Notes under the pieces: model-generated
Databases searched by the model: none
Told to the model about the DNA's origin: nothing
The model's input: only the letters and a program-made list of their open reading frames with translations
Made by a program: the position numbers and the translations under genes
Shown: in pieces, positions 24,108 through 38,500 of the stretch
Numbering within the stretch: position 1 is the stretch's first letter
Layout of the letters: each line of letters begins with the position of its first letter
From: the human T2T-CHM13v2.0 reference genome, Homo sapiens
Reading direction: 5' to 3' (one strand)
NCBI RefSeq assembly: GCF_009914755.1
Contig: NC_060944.1
Length of the DNA stretch: 64,000 bases

Positions 24108-25899
24108 CCTTTCCTACACACAGGGCTATTTGGAAGAGCACGTGAGTTAGCATGCATTCATTCATTAATTTAATAATGTATGTATGCTGAAAGCCTTGGT
24201 AAACTGCAGAATGCTCTGCAAATGTAAGGAATTATAAGTAATAACTTCTGGTTTGTTTACATAAAACCAAAACCAGTTCCAATGCTTTACAGCCATGGAT
24301 AATTTTCAAAAATGAAAGGATTGTGAAGCTCAAGGCTGGAAAATGTAGACTGGATGTAACTAGGAGTGCAAACCATGACCTATCCCACACACCTTCAACC
24401 AGGGCTACATTAGCCATCCATCCTTGGTGTTCTCACAGCTCTCTGGGCATATTTTCTGCCTGGGTACACACGTGGTTTAGAGCTGCTTATGCACCTGTCT
24501 CTCCCATTAGTCTGGGAGCTACTCAAGGGTCATAGGAACCATGTCTGATTAATCTCGGCACCCCCATCATCTGGTCCAGAGCCTAACCCAGAGCAGGGGC
24601 TAAGACAGGCTTGCTGGTAACTGAATTTTTACAAGGGCCTGTGTACTACGCCATGCATAGCATGTTCTATCCAACTAGTGTTTTAGGGGATTTTCTTCTT
24701 CTTCGCCTTTCTTTCCCCCTGTTGAATACCTTCTGTGTTTCTGGAATTTCAGAAACATATACTGCCAAACTTCTACTGTCCCATCTTCCAGAAAGGGGTA
24801 AAGGGAAGAGTCAAGAAACAGGCCAGAGCTAGAGTTCATTCCTTCTGTCATGTGAGGATGAGACTACAACTCAGACCTCCTGATACCCATACTTGGAGGA
24901 TCTCCCTACTCCCACATGAGTTGTTCTCCTAATTGTGTTAGGAATAATCACAGCCACAAACGGATGATATCAGAGGTGTCAAACAGTAAGGCAGGAGCAT
25001 CTCTCAGAGGAAAACATTCACTGAACCTGCCTAGCAGAGCTAGTTTATGTCATGTATCACACCATTAAGCTTTGGAGCAGGAAGGGCCCTCAGAGATTAC
25101 CTAGCTCAATACCCTTGAGGAAAGGGTGAACTGAAACCCAGAAAGAAGAGACTTATTCAAGATCACACATCAAGTTAGTATAAGAGCCAGGATTAGAACC
25201 TGATTTCTGGGTAAGTGCTTTTCCTACTTTACCATCTGCAGGGCATTTCCAGAGATCATCAACACATTCATCTGCAAACCTCAGTTCTTGCTTTCCAGCA
25301 AGGCCCACAAACATACAAACACATTTTCTCCTCTTGGGATACACCTGCATTCTGGTTGGCTACTGCCCAGGAAAAACGGAGTGCAAGAGTAGAGTTCCTT
25401 ACTAGCAAGGCTCCTTGACTTCCTGGTCCTATATTCTAACTCCAGTGACCTGTAAGCTGCCTCTCCCTTCACCTCTAGCTGAGACAATGGCAAACTGCCA
25501 CAGCTAGAAATGCTTTTCAGATATCATCACCCAGGCTGGATTAGATCATGAAAAGGGGCCTTCCTGGAAGAGGGTGGAAGTGAGATCAGTACAGACACGT
25601 GATCTGCAGGCAACAGGTGAGGGCAAGTGACAGCACCTTCCTCAACTACCGGACTCACTCGGCAGGGCCCTTCTAGCTAGTCCAGCAGCCAAGGGGAGCA
25701 GGATATTCGCTCTGGTGAATCCCTGTTGGATTTTATTCCCTCATTTAAGTTTTTGGTTGCTGGTGTGCAGGTTCCCCACCTCTCCACTGCCAGATCATTC
25801 TATATGGAGCACTCTGCCCATGACTACACAGCTGCACCCAGCAGAAGAGAAACTCCTCCCAGATAGTGTTGGGCCGTTCTCTTATTAAACTCATCCTTT

Positions 25900-26760
25900 C
25901 CATAATGCTTTGCTTTTCATAAAAACCCATACATACAACACCACAAGGAAAAGGTTCCTTTTATATCAGTTACTCATATTTTCCCATTTATTTAAGCCAT
26001 TAAAATTCATGCAGATATTTTATAAGCCACCAGGATTCAGTGACTGGTATTACTGAATGTTTAATAATAAACTAAACAGAAGAAATCAGAGGGTTAAATG
26101 ATGACTGCAATTCCTGTAATGACTTAATTAAATTTTTATTGAGTACATAAACTATGATGTCACCTCTAGCCAACCACAGGCCTGCTTTCCCAGCATGTCA
26201 CAGGGAGGGAGCACTCAATAGGAGGCTTGGCTAAATGAGCAGCAGGTCTCAGCTGAAATGGGGAGGGGAGTGAGGCTCATGTAACACACTCAATAAATTA
26301 TCCGTTCATTTTTAAACAAAGTCCATGAGTTATAATATATTTGCCATGCACTTTTTATGACATAATAAAAATGTTACCTTAAGGATTACTTAACACATAC
26401 TACAAATATTATAGCAGAGGCAGGCACAAGGGGCAAAGAAAACAAACACGAGCAGGCCAGGGACGGGTCCTGGAGTTTATGTCCCAGGGGAAACAGCATA
26501 GTATATTAAAAAGGGAATGCAAAAAAAAGGAAGGGATGCAAGAGTTCAGGGTTACTAATCGGCAGATTAATGAATGAGACAACCAACAGAGAACACAAGT
26601 AAGGCAATAATGAATCTTGCAGGGCACATGTTTAATTAAAGTAGCATTCTCAAGGAGGAATATTAGCTTTAAAGAGATGCCAGTTCATTTGAGGCCAATT
26701 CGCTGCTCTCTTTCCCCTTTTCACTGTTGCTGCCTTAAAGATATTTATGTGACTGCTTAA
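25900..26760. promoter_or_regulatory. Candidate developmental enhancer, probably the GDF5 R4 joint enhancer region
   Basis: Repeat-free and dense in HOX/PITX/homeodomain motifs; position fits recalled location of R4 in a UQCC1 intron. Confidence 0.55.
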
Positions 26761-28117
26761 CAGAGGAACCAGACTATGTGGATACAGGGACTGATGGGAG
26801 ATCAAGTTTTAACTCCTCCATGGACTCTACAAGGCTTCTAGTGATCTGCTCTTGGCCATCTTTTTTGCCTCCCCTCCTCTTGCCTCCCCATCTTACTTCA
26901 CCCTGCAGTCAGTAAAGTATGTGCACAGATACATCATGCTGTCATCTATTTCTTAGTCATACTGCTGCCAGGAATTCTTCTCTTCTTTATCCACTGATGG
27001 AAGGGATGCTAACTCCTTATCCTCTAAGACTTAGCACACATATTTTCTCTACTAAGTCTGCCCTCTCCCCCATCTACAGGTGCCCCAAAGTGATTCAAGT
27101 CTGGAGACGGGTCCCATCATTCATTATTTACCAAGTGCCAATAACTGTGCTACAACTTTACACATTAGCCCACTTAAACCTTCCCAAGGACTCTAAGAGA
27201 CAGGAACTGTTACTGTCTCCACTTTAGAGAAGAGGAATCTGATGTTTGGGAAAGTTAAAGCTAGACAGCTAGGAAATAGTGGGGTCAAGATAAGAATACA
27301 GAGCAATCCAACTCCATTGCCTACCTGTGTTGGAATAGACACTGGAAGGAATGTAGCTGCCCCTTCCTGTGCCCCACAGCTCAGGCTATCTGCAGAGGCA
27401 GAACTAAGAAATGCTAATGTGGTCTTGAGTAAACACAACTCAGAGATTCCAGTTCCAGTGGCAGCTAGAGACAGCCACCAGATGGGTCATCAGTGGCCGG
27501 TTACTAATACATCAGATATCCCTAGTAGAGCCAAGCTCCACTCCTGGGAAAACCTGAGGTTGAGAGTGGGTGTAATTATGGTGGGGGAATGGGAAAACAG
27601 AAGAAAGTTGGTATGGAAAACACTGATGAGCATGAAGGTGAGAATAAGCTTTAAGGTTACTGGCTTGAAGCAAAGTTGCTAACAGTAGCAGACTAAGAAT
27701 TTGCTGGAATGAATGAATGACAAAGGACAGCTAGAGTTGCTGGCTGAAGCCTAAGGACTATATCAAATTCATCATAAGGCAACAATGCAACACAAGATTG
27801 TAGGTCATGTTTTAGTTTGCTGTAGTAGACAGTAATGCCACCACCAATGCTTTGCAGTGCCAACGCCATGTTCTACAGTCATTGTGCGGCAACAGGCTGA
27901 TGTGCACTGAACATCAGCTAGCCTATTTAAAGTTCAGGTTAGAAATTAGCCCACTGTGGAATATTTTGTGAGATACTTAGAAACAGAGTAAGAGTAGACA
28001 GACAAGAGAGACGGGGGACATGGAGAGACCAAATAAAAAAGTCTACCTGTTAACTCACATGCATTACGACTGAAAGATCTATTGAGGGTCTTTTAGCAAT
28101 GATGACAAAATACAAAC

Positions 28118-28122
<5 letters not shown>

Positions 28123-28162
<40 letters not shown>

Positions 28163-28173
28163 CGCGCGCACGC
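28123..28173. repeat. Compound microsatellite (TG)16(CG)7CACGC
   Basis: Read directly from the sequence. Confidence 0.97.
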
Positions 28174-28426
28174 TCAGGCACGCATGCATATTGAGCAGTT
28201 CCAGAAAAAGTTGTTAATACCAAGAATAAAAAGAAAAATATTTTAAATGAAAGACAATTTCTTTTTCTCTTTTTAGAAAATAATGTGAACATTTAAATAG
28301 AGTATGTTCCCGTTGCGATGAAAGGCCAACCTAAACCCAGCATGAGGAGGTCCATTTTAAAATCCATTTTAAACATTTCAAACTTTTAATGTACAAGGGA
28401 AGCTTGCTATGATGACATGCTGTTTA

Positions 28427-28591
<165 letters not shown>

Positions 28592-29321
28592 TTATTTATT
28601 TTGAAAATTCTAGTTTTGCTGCTTGGGATCTACATGTTCAAGACTGCATAGCCTGATAATGTGCTGAAAAACAAGGGACATGGTTGGCAGACAGAATTGC
28701 AGAACCAGCAGCCCTAATTTCTATATAGTCACGAAGTACAGGAGTCCTTCCCTCAGGCTTGGAAAATAGCCAAGAGAGAAGAGATGTATGTCCTCAGAAA
28801 TTCTAGTCATTTGTCCAGTTGAGAAAACATGAGAACACATAATATTAAGTCCACAATCATCTTCAAAAGGAGCTGATGAGGTACACTACGGTTCTGGGAT
28901 GATCAAACTACCATGGCAATTTAACTTTCGTCTCTTTTAGGGCATTTGAATAAGGGGAACATTATAGCTATAATCTACTTTGGTTTCTGGAAGCTTTTTG
29001 TAGTATTCCACATGACAAGTCTCATGCATACTCATTAGAGAAGCCAACACCTGGCTTGAAAGAGTCGCAGTTTCAACAACAGCACTGATGGTGCGGAGTC
29101 CTAAAGGAAATAATCCTGGGTACTATCTAAAATCCGTACTGATAATAATGATGACAGTGATGGTCGTAACAATGATTACACAATGCATTTAATAATATTT
29201 TCATTTTATTATCTTATTTGTGCCTCACAACCACAACCCTGCCCTCGAGGAGCTCACAGCCAAAATGCTATTGTTGTCCTGATTCTATAAACAAGGAAAC
29301 AGAAGCTCAAAACTGTTAAGT

Positions 29322-29630
29322 GGCCAGGTGCGGTGGCTCACGCCTGTAATCTCAGCACTCTGGGAGGCTGAGGTGGGCCGATAACCTGAGGTCGGGAGTT
29401 CGAGACCAGCCTGGCCAACATAGTGAAACCCCATGTCTACTAAAATACAAAAAATTAGCTGGGCATAGTGGCGCATACCTGTAGTCCCAGCTACTCAGGA
29501 GGCTGAGGCGGGGGAACCATTGAACCCGAGAGGCAGAAGTTGCAGTGAGCCAAGATTGTGCCACTGCACTCCAGCCTGGCAACTGAGCAAGACTCTGTCT
29601 CAAAAAACAAAAACAAAAACAAAAACAAAA
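29322..29630 (+). mobile_element. Alu (AluS-like) with (CAAAAA)n tail
   Basis: Full dimer; gttaagt on both flanks. Confidence 0.94.
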
Positions 29631-29648
29631 ACGTTAAGTCACTTGTAG

Positions 29649-30016
<368 letters not shown>

Positions 30017-30842
30017 CCAATCTACTGTCTTTTCTAAGCGATCACACCTTTCTGCTTCTGATGAGTCATATGAGAAATGGAAGAATCACACAAGCACAAA
30101 GCTAAAATTGCTCATTTCTGCACTTTGGAAAGCAAGAGTAAAATAGACTCTTTTTAAATTTAGAAAAACTGTCCTTAAAAAGAAGATGAGATTCGACAAG
30201 GTCAAATGCACAGTATTATGTCTATATCAAAATAAAAAAATAACAGGATGAAGCAAGGGTCTGACCAAGTAGATGTAATAGCATCCCAGAGCAAATCTTT
30301 CTCATGAACAGATAAATCAGAAATATGAAAAGGTAATTATTATTATCTATATTAAAGGAAAAGCCATATGCAAAGGTCAAAAAGTTTTCTCCCCTCATTT
30401 ATTTTAATAGTCAAAAGTCTTTGTCTTACCAACCGTACTTAAGAATGAACATGGAGAAACCAGAGAGGTTTCAAGAAAGAATGTCAGATATATATGGTTA
30501 CAATGGGTTGGCACTGGTCACAGGCCAGGGCGTTCAAGATTCTATGGCCAAGAGAAACACCCAGAGGCTATTCCATGGATTGGTCAGGTTGCCTCCATCA
30601 TCTGCCTCAATGGGTCAGTAGATCTTAGAAGTACTGTGACACTGAGGTTTCTCTCTCTGCATTTCTTCCTTATGTTCAGGACCTACTCTTTCCCATTTCC
30701 ACGAGTTGGCAGGCTGTTGATCCTAGAATGCTGTCCTCTCATCACAGAGATGGGCACATAGCTGAAGCTTAGCTAATCTGACTCTTGCTTCTGAGAGTAC
30801 AAACAACCAAATATAAAAGGAAGCTACAGTTGGATCACCCTT

Positions 30843-30980
30843 GGCAGGGCACAGTGGCTCATGCCTGTAATCCTAGCACTTTGGAAGGCCATGGCAGGAG
30901 AACTGCTTGAGGCCAAGAATTAAAGACCAACCTGGCCAACACAGCAAGACCTCATTTCTAAAAAATAAATAAATAAAATA
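30843..30980 (+). mobile_element. FLAM-like monomer inside an old MLT1-type LTR remnant (~30680-31142)
   Basis: Alu left arm; flank ends ccaataaatcctttgtttgcttaaattagcta, typical of old MaLR LTR ends. Confidence 0.65.
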
Positions 30981-31113
30981 GTAAAGTTGGGTCACCCCAA
31001 AGAGACTATACATAAGTTCCTATTGCTAAGATCCCTTAGCTGCCCTGTATCTTTCCTTCCTGAGCTCTGTTGTTAAACTCTCCATTCCATGAGCCTTAGT
31101 TACCTTCCAATAA

Positions 31114-31495
<382 letters not shown>

Positions 31496-31499
31496 GAGC

Positions 31500-32240
31500 A
31501 AGATAATTCCATTTACACCCACTAGGATGGCTATAATTTAAAAAGAAAAGAAAAATAAGTATTGGCAAGGATGTAGAAAAACTGAAACCCTCATGCATTG
31601 TTGAAGAAAATGTAAAATGGTACAGCCACTGTGGAAAACAGTTTGGCGGTTTCTCAAAAGGCTGAACATAGAACTACCATATAGCCCAGCAATCCCATTC
31701 CTAACTATATGTCCAAAAGAATTGAAAGCGGGAATTGGAACTGATATATTTGTACACCAATTTTCATAGTAGTATCATTTATGATAGCCAAAAGGTGGAA
31801 ACAACCCAAGTGTCCAATGACAGGGATAAACAAAATGTGGTACACACATACCAAGGGATATTATTCAGCCATAAAAAGGCATAAAATTTTGATATATGCT
31901 ATAACATGGATGGACCTTAAAAATGCACTCATAAATGCATTATGCTTAATGAAATAAGTCAGACATGGAAGGACAAATATTGTATAATTTGATTTATATG
32001 AGGTACTTAGGTACCTTCAGAGACAGAAAGAAGAATAGTCTACCTGGGGCTGATGGGAGGAAGAAAGGGAAAATTATTATTTAATGGGCACAGAGTTTTT
32101 GTTGGGGATAATGAAAATGTTTTGGGTATAGATAATGAAAATTGTTACACAACACTGTGAATGTACTTAATGCCACTGAATTGAGCATTTATGAATGGTT
32201 AAAATGATAAATATTATGTATGTATATTTTACCACAATAA
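31500..32240 (+). mobile_element. L1MB-type 3' region
   Basis: gtaaaatggtacagccactgtggaaaacagtttgg...acaacccaagtgtcca...tattttaccacaataaa. Confidence 0.88.
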
Positions 32241-34587
32241 AGGAAATCCCAGTTACAAACAGTTCTTCTCAGACAGGCATTTCAATCTGTGACTTAACCA
32301 TGTGTGTATTAAAGCCTCTCTTAGGACACTTATCCATTTGGCACAGTGGTATCATGAGCTAACTGATGTTCCTCACCAGACTATAAACGGTCTTGGTACA
32401 GAATTCTACGTTGCATTGTACATGTTTGATAAGCACGTATTGAGTAACTGCTGTATTCTACTGTGGTATATGCTGGAGGTAAAAAAATCAATAAAACACA
32501 GTACTTGTCCTCAAGAAGTTTACAATCTCACGTGGGAGACACACCTAGCACGTTGTATGTACAAAACGGTAATGGTATAGGGACTGAAAGGCTTGAGAGA
32601 AGAGGCAACATTTATTACAGTGGGTATTAAAGGGTCAACAGGTATGTTCAGACAGAAAGAATGGTATGTGTAAAGGCACAGGGAGGTGAACAAGTACAGC
32701 ATTTTCAAAGGGAAGTTTGTAAAAAAAAAAACAAAAAAACACACACAAAAAAAACAAAAAAACACAGAAGCTGCTCATGGTGGCAAGAATCAGAAGGTGG
32801 AGCTGGAAGGGCAGTTTGTGTGAGATTGTAAATGGCCCTGAACGCCAGCCACATGAAAGAAAGAACAAGGAAGGGGTTTAAGCACAGGGAAATTGCATGG
32901 ACAGATTTATTTTCAAAAAGTAACCCTAGAAGTACAGATCACAAAGTTGGGGGAAGGTCCAGAGGCAGGAAAACCAGAGGAGGCTGCTACAATGGTGTAG
33001 ATGAGAGTCTGTAAGGAACTGAAACAATGTGAAGTGACAACACGAACAAAGAGGAAGGCATGCTTTCAAGAGAAATGACTACAGCCAGAGCAACGGGATT
33101 TGATTATCGAGTAGATGAGGAGGAGGAAAGGGGAGGCCATGACTTGCATGTAATCAGACCTCACTGAAGAAAGTGGAGAGAACAGAAAGATGAAAACGGA
33201 ATGCAAGTTATATGCAATCATACACTGATGACTTTCTGACCCTGGCAGTGCCAAGCGCAGACAACCAGTCTTGTATGATTTTAGCAATCACCATGCCCTT
33301 CATGTCTCCTATGTTGTGGTAATGGAAAATCTTACTTGGATAAGATGTAATATGAGCAAGATGTGTATTTAGTTTGAGCCCGGCAGGCGTCTCCAGTGGA
33401 GCACAGGCATAACACACCAGGGCCTAGGAGCCTGAGCCCCTTTTCCAGTAATTTGTTCACTACATGTAGGTCGGTATCATTACTCCGGGCCCTCTGCATT
33501 CTGACTGCAGCCATGAGGTCTGATTACCGTCAGCAAGAAGACGCTGACACACTCAGGTTTCCAGAGACACTTGGAGGCTGCTAATTGCACCCTGAGCCTC
33601 ATGACTGCATTTATGAGCGCAGAAAAGCTGCAGGCACTACTTGGCTTTTTTAATTATTTTCTATTAAATTTAGGCAGACTGGGTACAGTGGAAAACTACA
33701 GGATGCTTGTTCCACATCACTACCAACCATGTCAACTGCACAGACACAAAAGGCAAACAGGTGAATATAGATCAACAAGTTGGTCAGTTCTTTGCTAATA
33801 GAGCTGAGCCACTGTCACTTGTCATGGATGCTGAGGCCCTGAACAACCTAGAGGATCTAAAGGCAACACTGAGATCACTGACCCGAGTCCTTTCCCAGCG
33901 ATCCTAAAATAGATATCATATTGCCCAGATGGCAACATTTTCTCAGAGGACCCAAAATTTAGCCCCTTACTGATCTTGAGGTTCCTGACCCTTCATCCAA
34001 CAGCCCTGCCTTCTTCTTCTCCACAGCAATGAAGAGTGAAAGGGGCGGGGTCACCCTAATGAACTGAATCACAGGAGTTAACTGCTAACTCCACCTGGGC
34101 ACAATGGGTCAGACCAAAGTCTAAAGCTCAAAACAGTAAAGCAGACATTTACATTGTTTCACACAGGTCACAGAATGTTTGTCTTTCACTGCTGTGTCCT
34201 AACTGCTCACTGTTCAGAGCTGTACAATTGCCAAAATACTGACCCAATGGTTATCTGAGAAAGAGGCTGTTCCCTGCTGAAGACATGAGGAAGCAAAGGC
34301 TCAGAAAGGTCAAGTGACTCACCCAATTATCACTTGGCTAATAAATGGTCAAGAGGTTCACAGAGACAAGGTCTTCTGGCTCCTAGTCCAAGTTTTTTTG
34401 TTTGTTTTAAGGCTCAAACAGAATTGCCACTCAGTGGATAGTTTGTACATTCCTGTAGAAGCATCCTGGGAATGGCTGAGCCTGGATCCCAGGTAGAAGC
34501 CATATGATCATTCTTACTTAAGTAGTGAGGTGGTCAAGGTTGAGGCCAAGAGTGAGGTTCAGATATCCCTTAAAATGGAATTGACAG

Positions 34588-34897
34588 AGCCGGGTGCAGT
34601 GGCTCATGCCTCTGTAATCCCACCACTTTGGGAGGTTAAGGCAGGCAGATCACCTGAGGTCAGGAGTTTGAGACCAGCCTGGCCAACATGGTGAAACCCC
34701 TTCTTTACTAAAAATACAAAAATTAGCTGGGCATGGTGGTGGGTGCCTGTAGTCCCAGCTACTAGGGAGGCTGAGGCAGGAGAATTGCTTGAACCAGGAG
34801 GCAAAGATTGCAGTGAGGTGAGATTACGCCACTGCAATCCAGCCGGGGCAACAGAACAAGACTTTGTCTCACAAAAAAAGGAAAAAAAAAAAAAAAA
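34588..34897 (+). mobile_element. Alu (AluSx-like)
   Basis: Full dimer; atggaaYtgaca on both flanks. Confidence 0.94.
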
Positions 34898-35269
34898 GCA
34901 TGGAACTGACACAGCCTGTGAGTTCTGAGAGTGACTCCATCTTTATAGGGTAATTCTCTTTTGTCCTCTTTTCTCAGTAAAATGTTCTTAGAAAGGTATT
35001 TTATCCAAAGGAAAGAGACAAACTCAGTTAGAATGCTGTATGTTAAAGAGATGATCTCTTTGGTGTTCTGTATTTAAGTCCCAACTCAGACCTAGGAAAC
35101 GCACTGAAATCTAAGTAAATTTTGGGCCCCAACAGCCCTGTTTCCCCACCTGGTGAGTCTGAAAGATTAATCACTCTGAGCCTCAGTTTTTCCATCACAA
35201 CTATGCAAAACCACCTTTCCTTTTTCCTTTTCATATTAACAGATGAAAATGCCTAACAGTAAGTAAATT

Positions 35270-35520
35270 AGTAGTGGCAAACATCTATTTCACTCTCAGG
35301 CATTGTTTAAAGAACCTCACATGTGATAACTCATTTATCCCTCACAATGCTACAAGCGATGTAAGGTGGGTATTACAGTTATGTCTATTTTACGGAGAGA
35401 AAACTGAGGCATAGAAAGGAAACAGGCATAGAGACCTTGCCCAAGGTCACATGGCTAGGGCAGGATTTGAGTCCAAACTGGCTTCAGTATGTGAGCACTC
35501 TCAACTACTCTGTGATACTG
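35270..35520 (-). mobile_element. MIR
   Basis: ctcatttatccctcacaa...attttacggagagaaaactgaggcataga...ttgcccaaggtcacatggcta. Confidence 0.75.
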
Positions 35521-38500
35521 CATTGGAAAGGAGGTTATAAACTCAACCCAATCCCCCACTTGGAGATGAGAGCCTGGAAGTCTCTGAAGCTTCTCTCAGG
35601 ACCTTGGGGCTCACCTACTCTCCTGCCTCATCCTCCCATTACACTCAGCCCTGCCCTGGGATAACTCCTGGAAGAAGCCTGCAGTGAACACAAAACAAAA
35701 AAGCAAGTGAACTCATATCTTTCTCGTTCGTCTGTTTCGTGTGGAAGTGAATCCAGGAAAGATTCAACTTCCTTTCTCAGCATAAACTAGATTGTAAGCC
35801 CTGTAAGATCACTTATCTCTGGTATATTATCTACCAACCACATTCAGGGATTAGCATGTGGCGAGAGACAAAAATGTTCCTTGAATAAATGAATGAAACA
35901 ATTCTTAATAAAACCATACAAATTAATAATGCTACTGGATCTAGAGGAAATACATTCAATATTGCCTTCATCAAATGTATTCAGCACTACCCAGGCATCA
36001 AGCACTGTTTTAGGAGCTGAGGCTACAGCAGTAAACAAGAGACAATTCCCGAACTCCGGGAGTTTAGGATGATTAGTCAGGCTGCTGAATGATTTGCAGA
36101 ATGAATCTGAGATGAAGAGAGTCAAGAGGCAGGAGGACCAGTGAAGAAGCAGCCGACAGTGAGTTTAGGTGAGAGGTCAGGACTGGATCTGAGCATCAGT
36201 AGGACAGTTGAGGCCCTGATAGTGGTTGTTTTAAAGAAGGGCTCCTTATAGTTCCTCCTGCTCCTTTGAGAACCAGGCACGTCACATTGATGGCAAGGAT
36301 CACTGACATTCAGAAAGACCAGCTAAAGAGAGGACAATGAACATGGAAAAACAAGTCCCTCCACTCTAGCTGGGCCCCTTCAGCTCCAACCAACCCCACA
36401 GGGCCATTCACTCAGCATTTTGGGGGAAACAAAGTGAGAAAAGAGTGTTACAGCTGCCTCATCAATGGATCCAGAAATACTCATGGCACACCCAGGGCAG
36501 CTGAAAGAAACATCTGTCTCTACTGTATCCTAGGTCTGACCTCAGAGCCTCCAGAACTTTTTTACATAGCCCCACCCAGATCCTGGCGGAGCTACTGCCC
36601 TCTGGTGGTACCCAATGCAGGGGTTAAGCCCACAGGAGAAAAGAGTCTTGTGGTAGGACATGGAGTGAGAGGCATAGTCAACCCCAAGAGCTCGTCACAG
36701 TGCCTGTATGTCTTACTACTGCAACCACTGCTTTTTCCAAAGACGCTATTTACAGAAAACTCTGGTTAAAATGCAAGAGTTATCTGGGACCATTAAAACA
36801 GATCCTGTTGGCAACCCTTAACGATTTGGCATGAATTTAATCAGGTAAACTGCAGTGTAAGTATAGAATTGATTCTAAGAAGATAGGGTTAGGAATAGAC
36901 TCTGTGAGTTCACTCACTCATTCACCATTCAACCAATATTGGATGGAGGCTTACCATGTGCTAAGCACTGTGCTAGACACTGGAATGCTGACCTTAAGAG
37001 AAAAGGATCAGGAGGTCTTTGATTGGAGGCTTTTCCCAGCAACACAAAATGCAGGGTGTGTGTAGTGGCTCTAGAGAACAGCAAAGATGATAGTATCAAG
37101 TAACGAAAAGAGCAACAGAATCAATCAAGAGAAGTGAGTTTTAGTCTCTGCTACTACCGCTACTATATGACACTGACCAAGCCTTTTTCCTGACCAGGAC
37201 TGAGTGTCCTCACTTGGAAAGGGTTGAATTAGGATCATCTTTGTGGCTGTCAAGCTTCTAGGAGCTTGGCGGCCACTGAAATGATTAGGAGATGGCATAA
37301 AATAAAAACACTGACTGCTTGGCAATTCTGACCAGCTAGGGCTAGCCCTGGGTGGGGCTTCCTGCCATCAGCCAGGGCAATCTAAAATTCCTTTACATAG
37401 TTCCTGAGGATCATCACCAAGTGAGATTCTTCTGACATCCATACCCAACCACTTCATCAGACGAGATACCCCTAGTACGTTATGAACCCCACATTTGTCC
37501 CCAACTACCCTAGTCTCTTCTGGTCCCTTTGAACTGAGGCTATTAGGGACGGAGCCAGTTCTTCCAGTGCTACAGGGCAAGAGAGGCTTGGAGAAAAGTA
37601 GAAAGTTTTGCAAACTGTGTTCACTCTTGGAAATTCTACCCTGGGCTGGAAAATTTTTATCTCATGGATTTTTTTTCAAGCAGGAAAGGCCCTTAGAAAT
37701 AACCTGGTCCAGGCTCTGCATTGGAGCCTGCTGGTTAATTGTGGAACTAAGTCTAACTCCACTCTTGTAGCTCCAAGATTGGTGAGTGTTTTTCAGTTCT
37801 CCCACTGTCCTTCTAGAGGGAGGCTCTTCTCTGGCAGCCAACTCACCTTGGGACCTAAAGCACAGGAGACGATAAACACCTTCTGTCTTTGAAGGAGAAG
37901 GAGTATAGCCACAAACACCTATCGAAAATGCCAAAGACAACAAGGTTCATTTGAAATCTGAAGAATCTTAGCAAAACGGTATGGGACAGGGATGAAAAGA
38001 AGAGCAGGAGACAGAAGCCTGCTCAGCGCTTAACAGGAATCATCTCCTACTTGCCCCATAACCATACACATACCACAAGCCAGCTGATTCCTAACCCCAG
38101 CAGCTAAACTGCCCAAGGCCTAGGAAAGGGGGCAACACACACAGTTTACACCTTTTATTATTCTGATCAAAATTTCTCTCCTGGGAGCAGAAAGGGGTCA
38201 AAAGTCCAACACCAAAAATATATATCTTTATAAGTCATGGGCAAAGAAGTATTACAGCAGACAGTTATTTAAAAAAAAAAAAAAAAGCTACGGTGAACAG
38301 AGCAGAGTAGGAGGTGTGAGAAAACTCACTCCAAGTAATTTATTCACTGGGAACCACAAAGGGCTTTCCCAAGAACAGCAAAAACACCATTAATTTCTCC
38401 AGTACCCTCCTTTCAAAGGGCTCCAAACACTTCACACATATCGTTTTAAATTGTCCTCAAAGGCTCCAAAATAAGGGGTTACTATTTCCCCAGGCACAGA

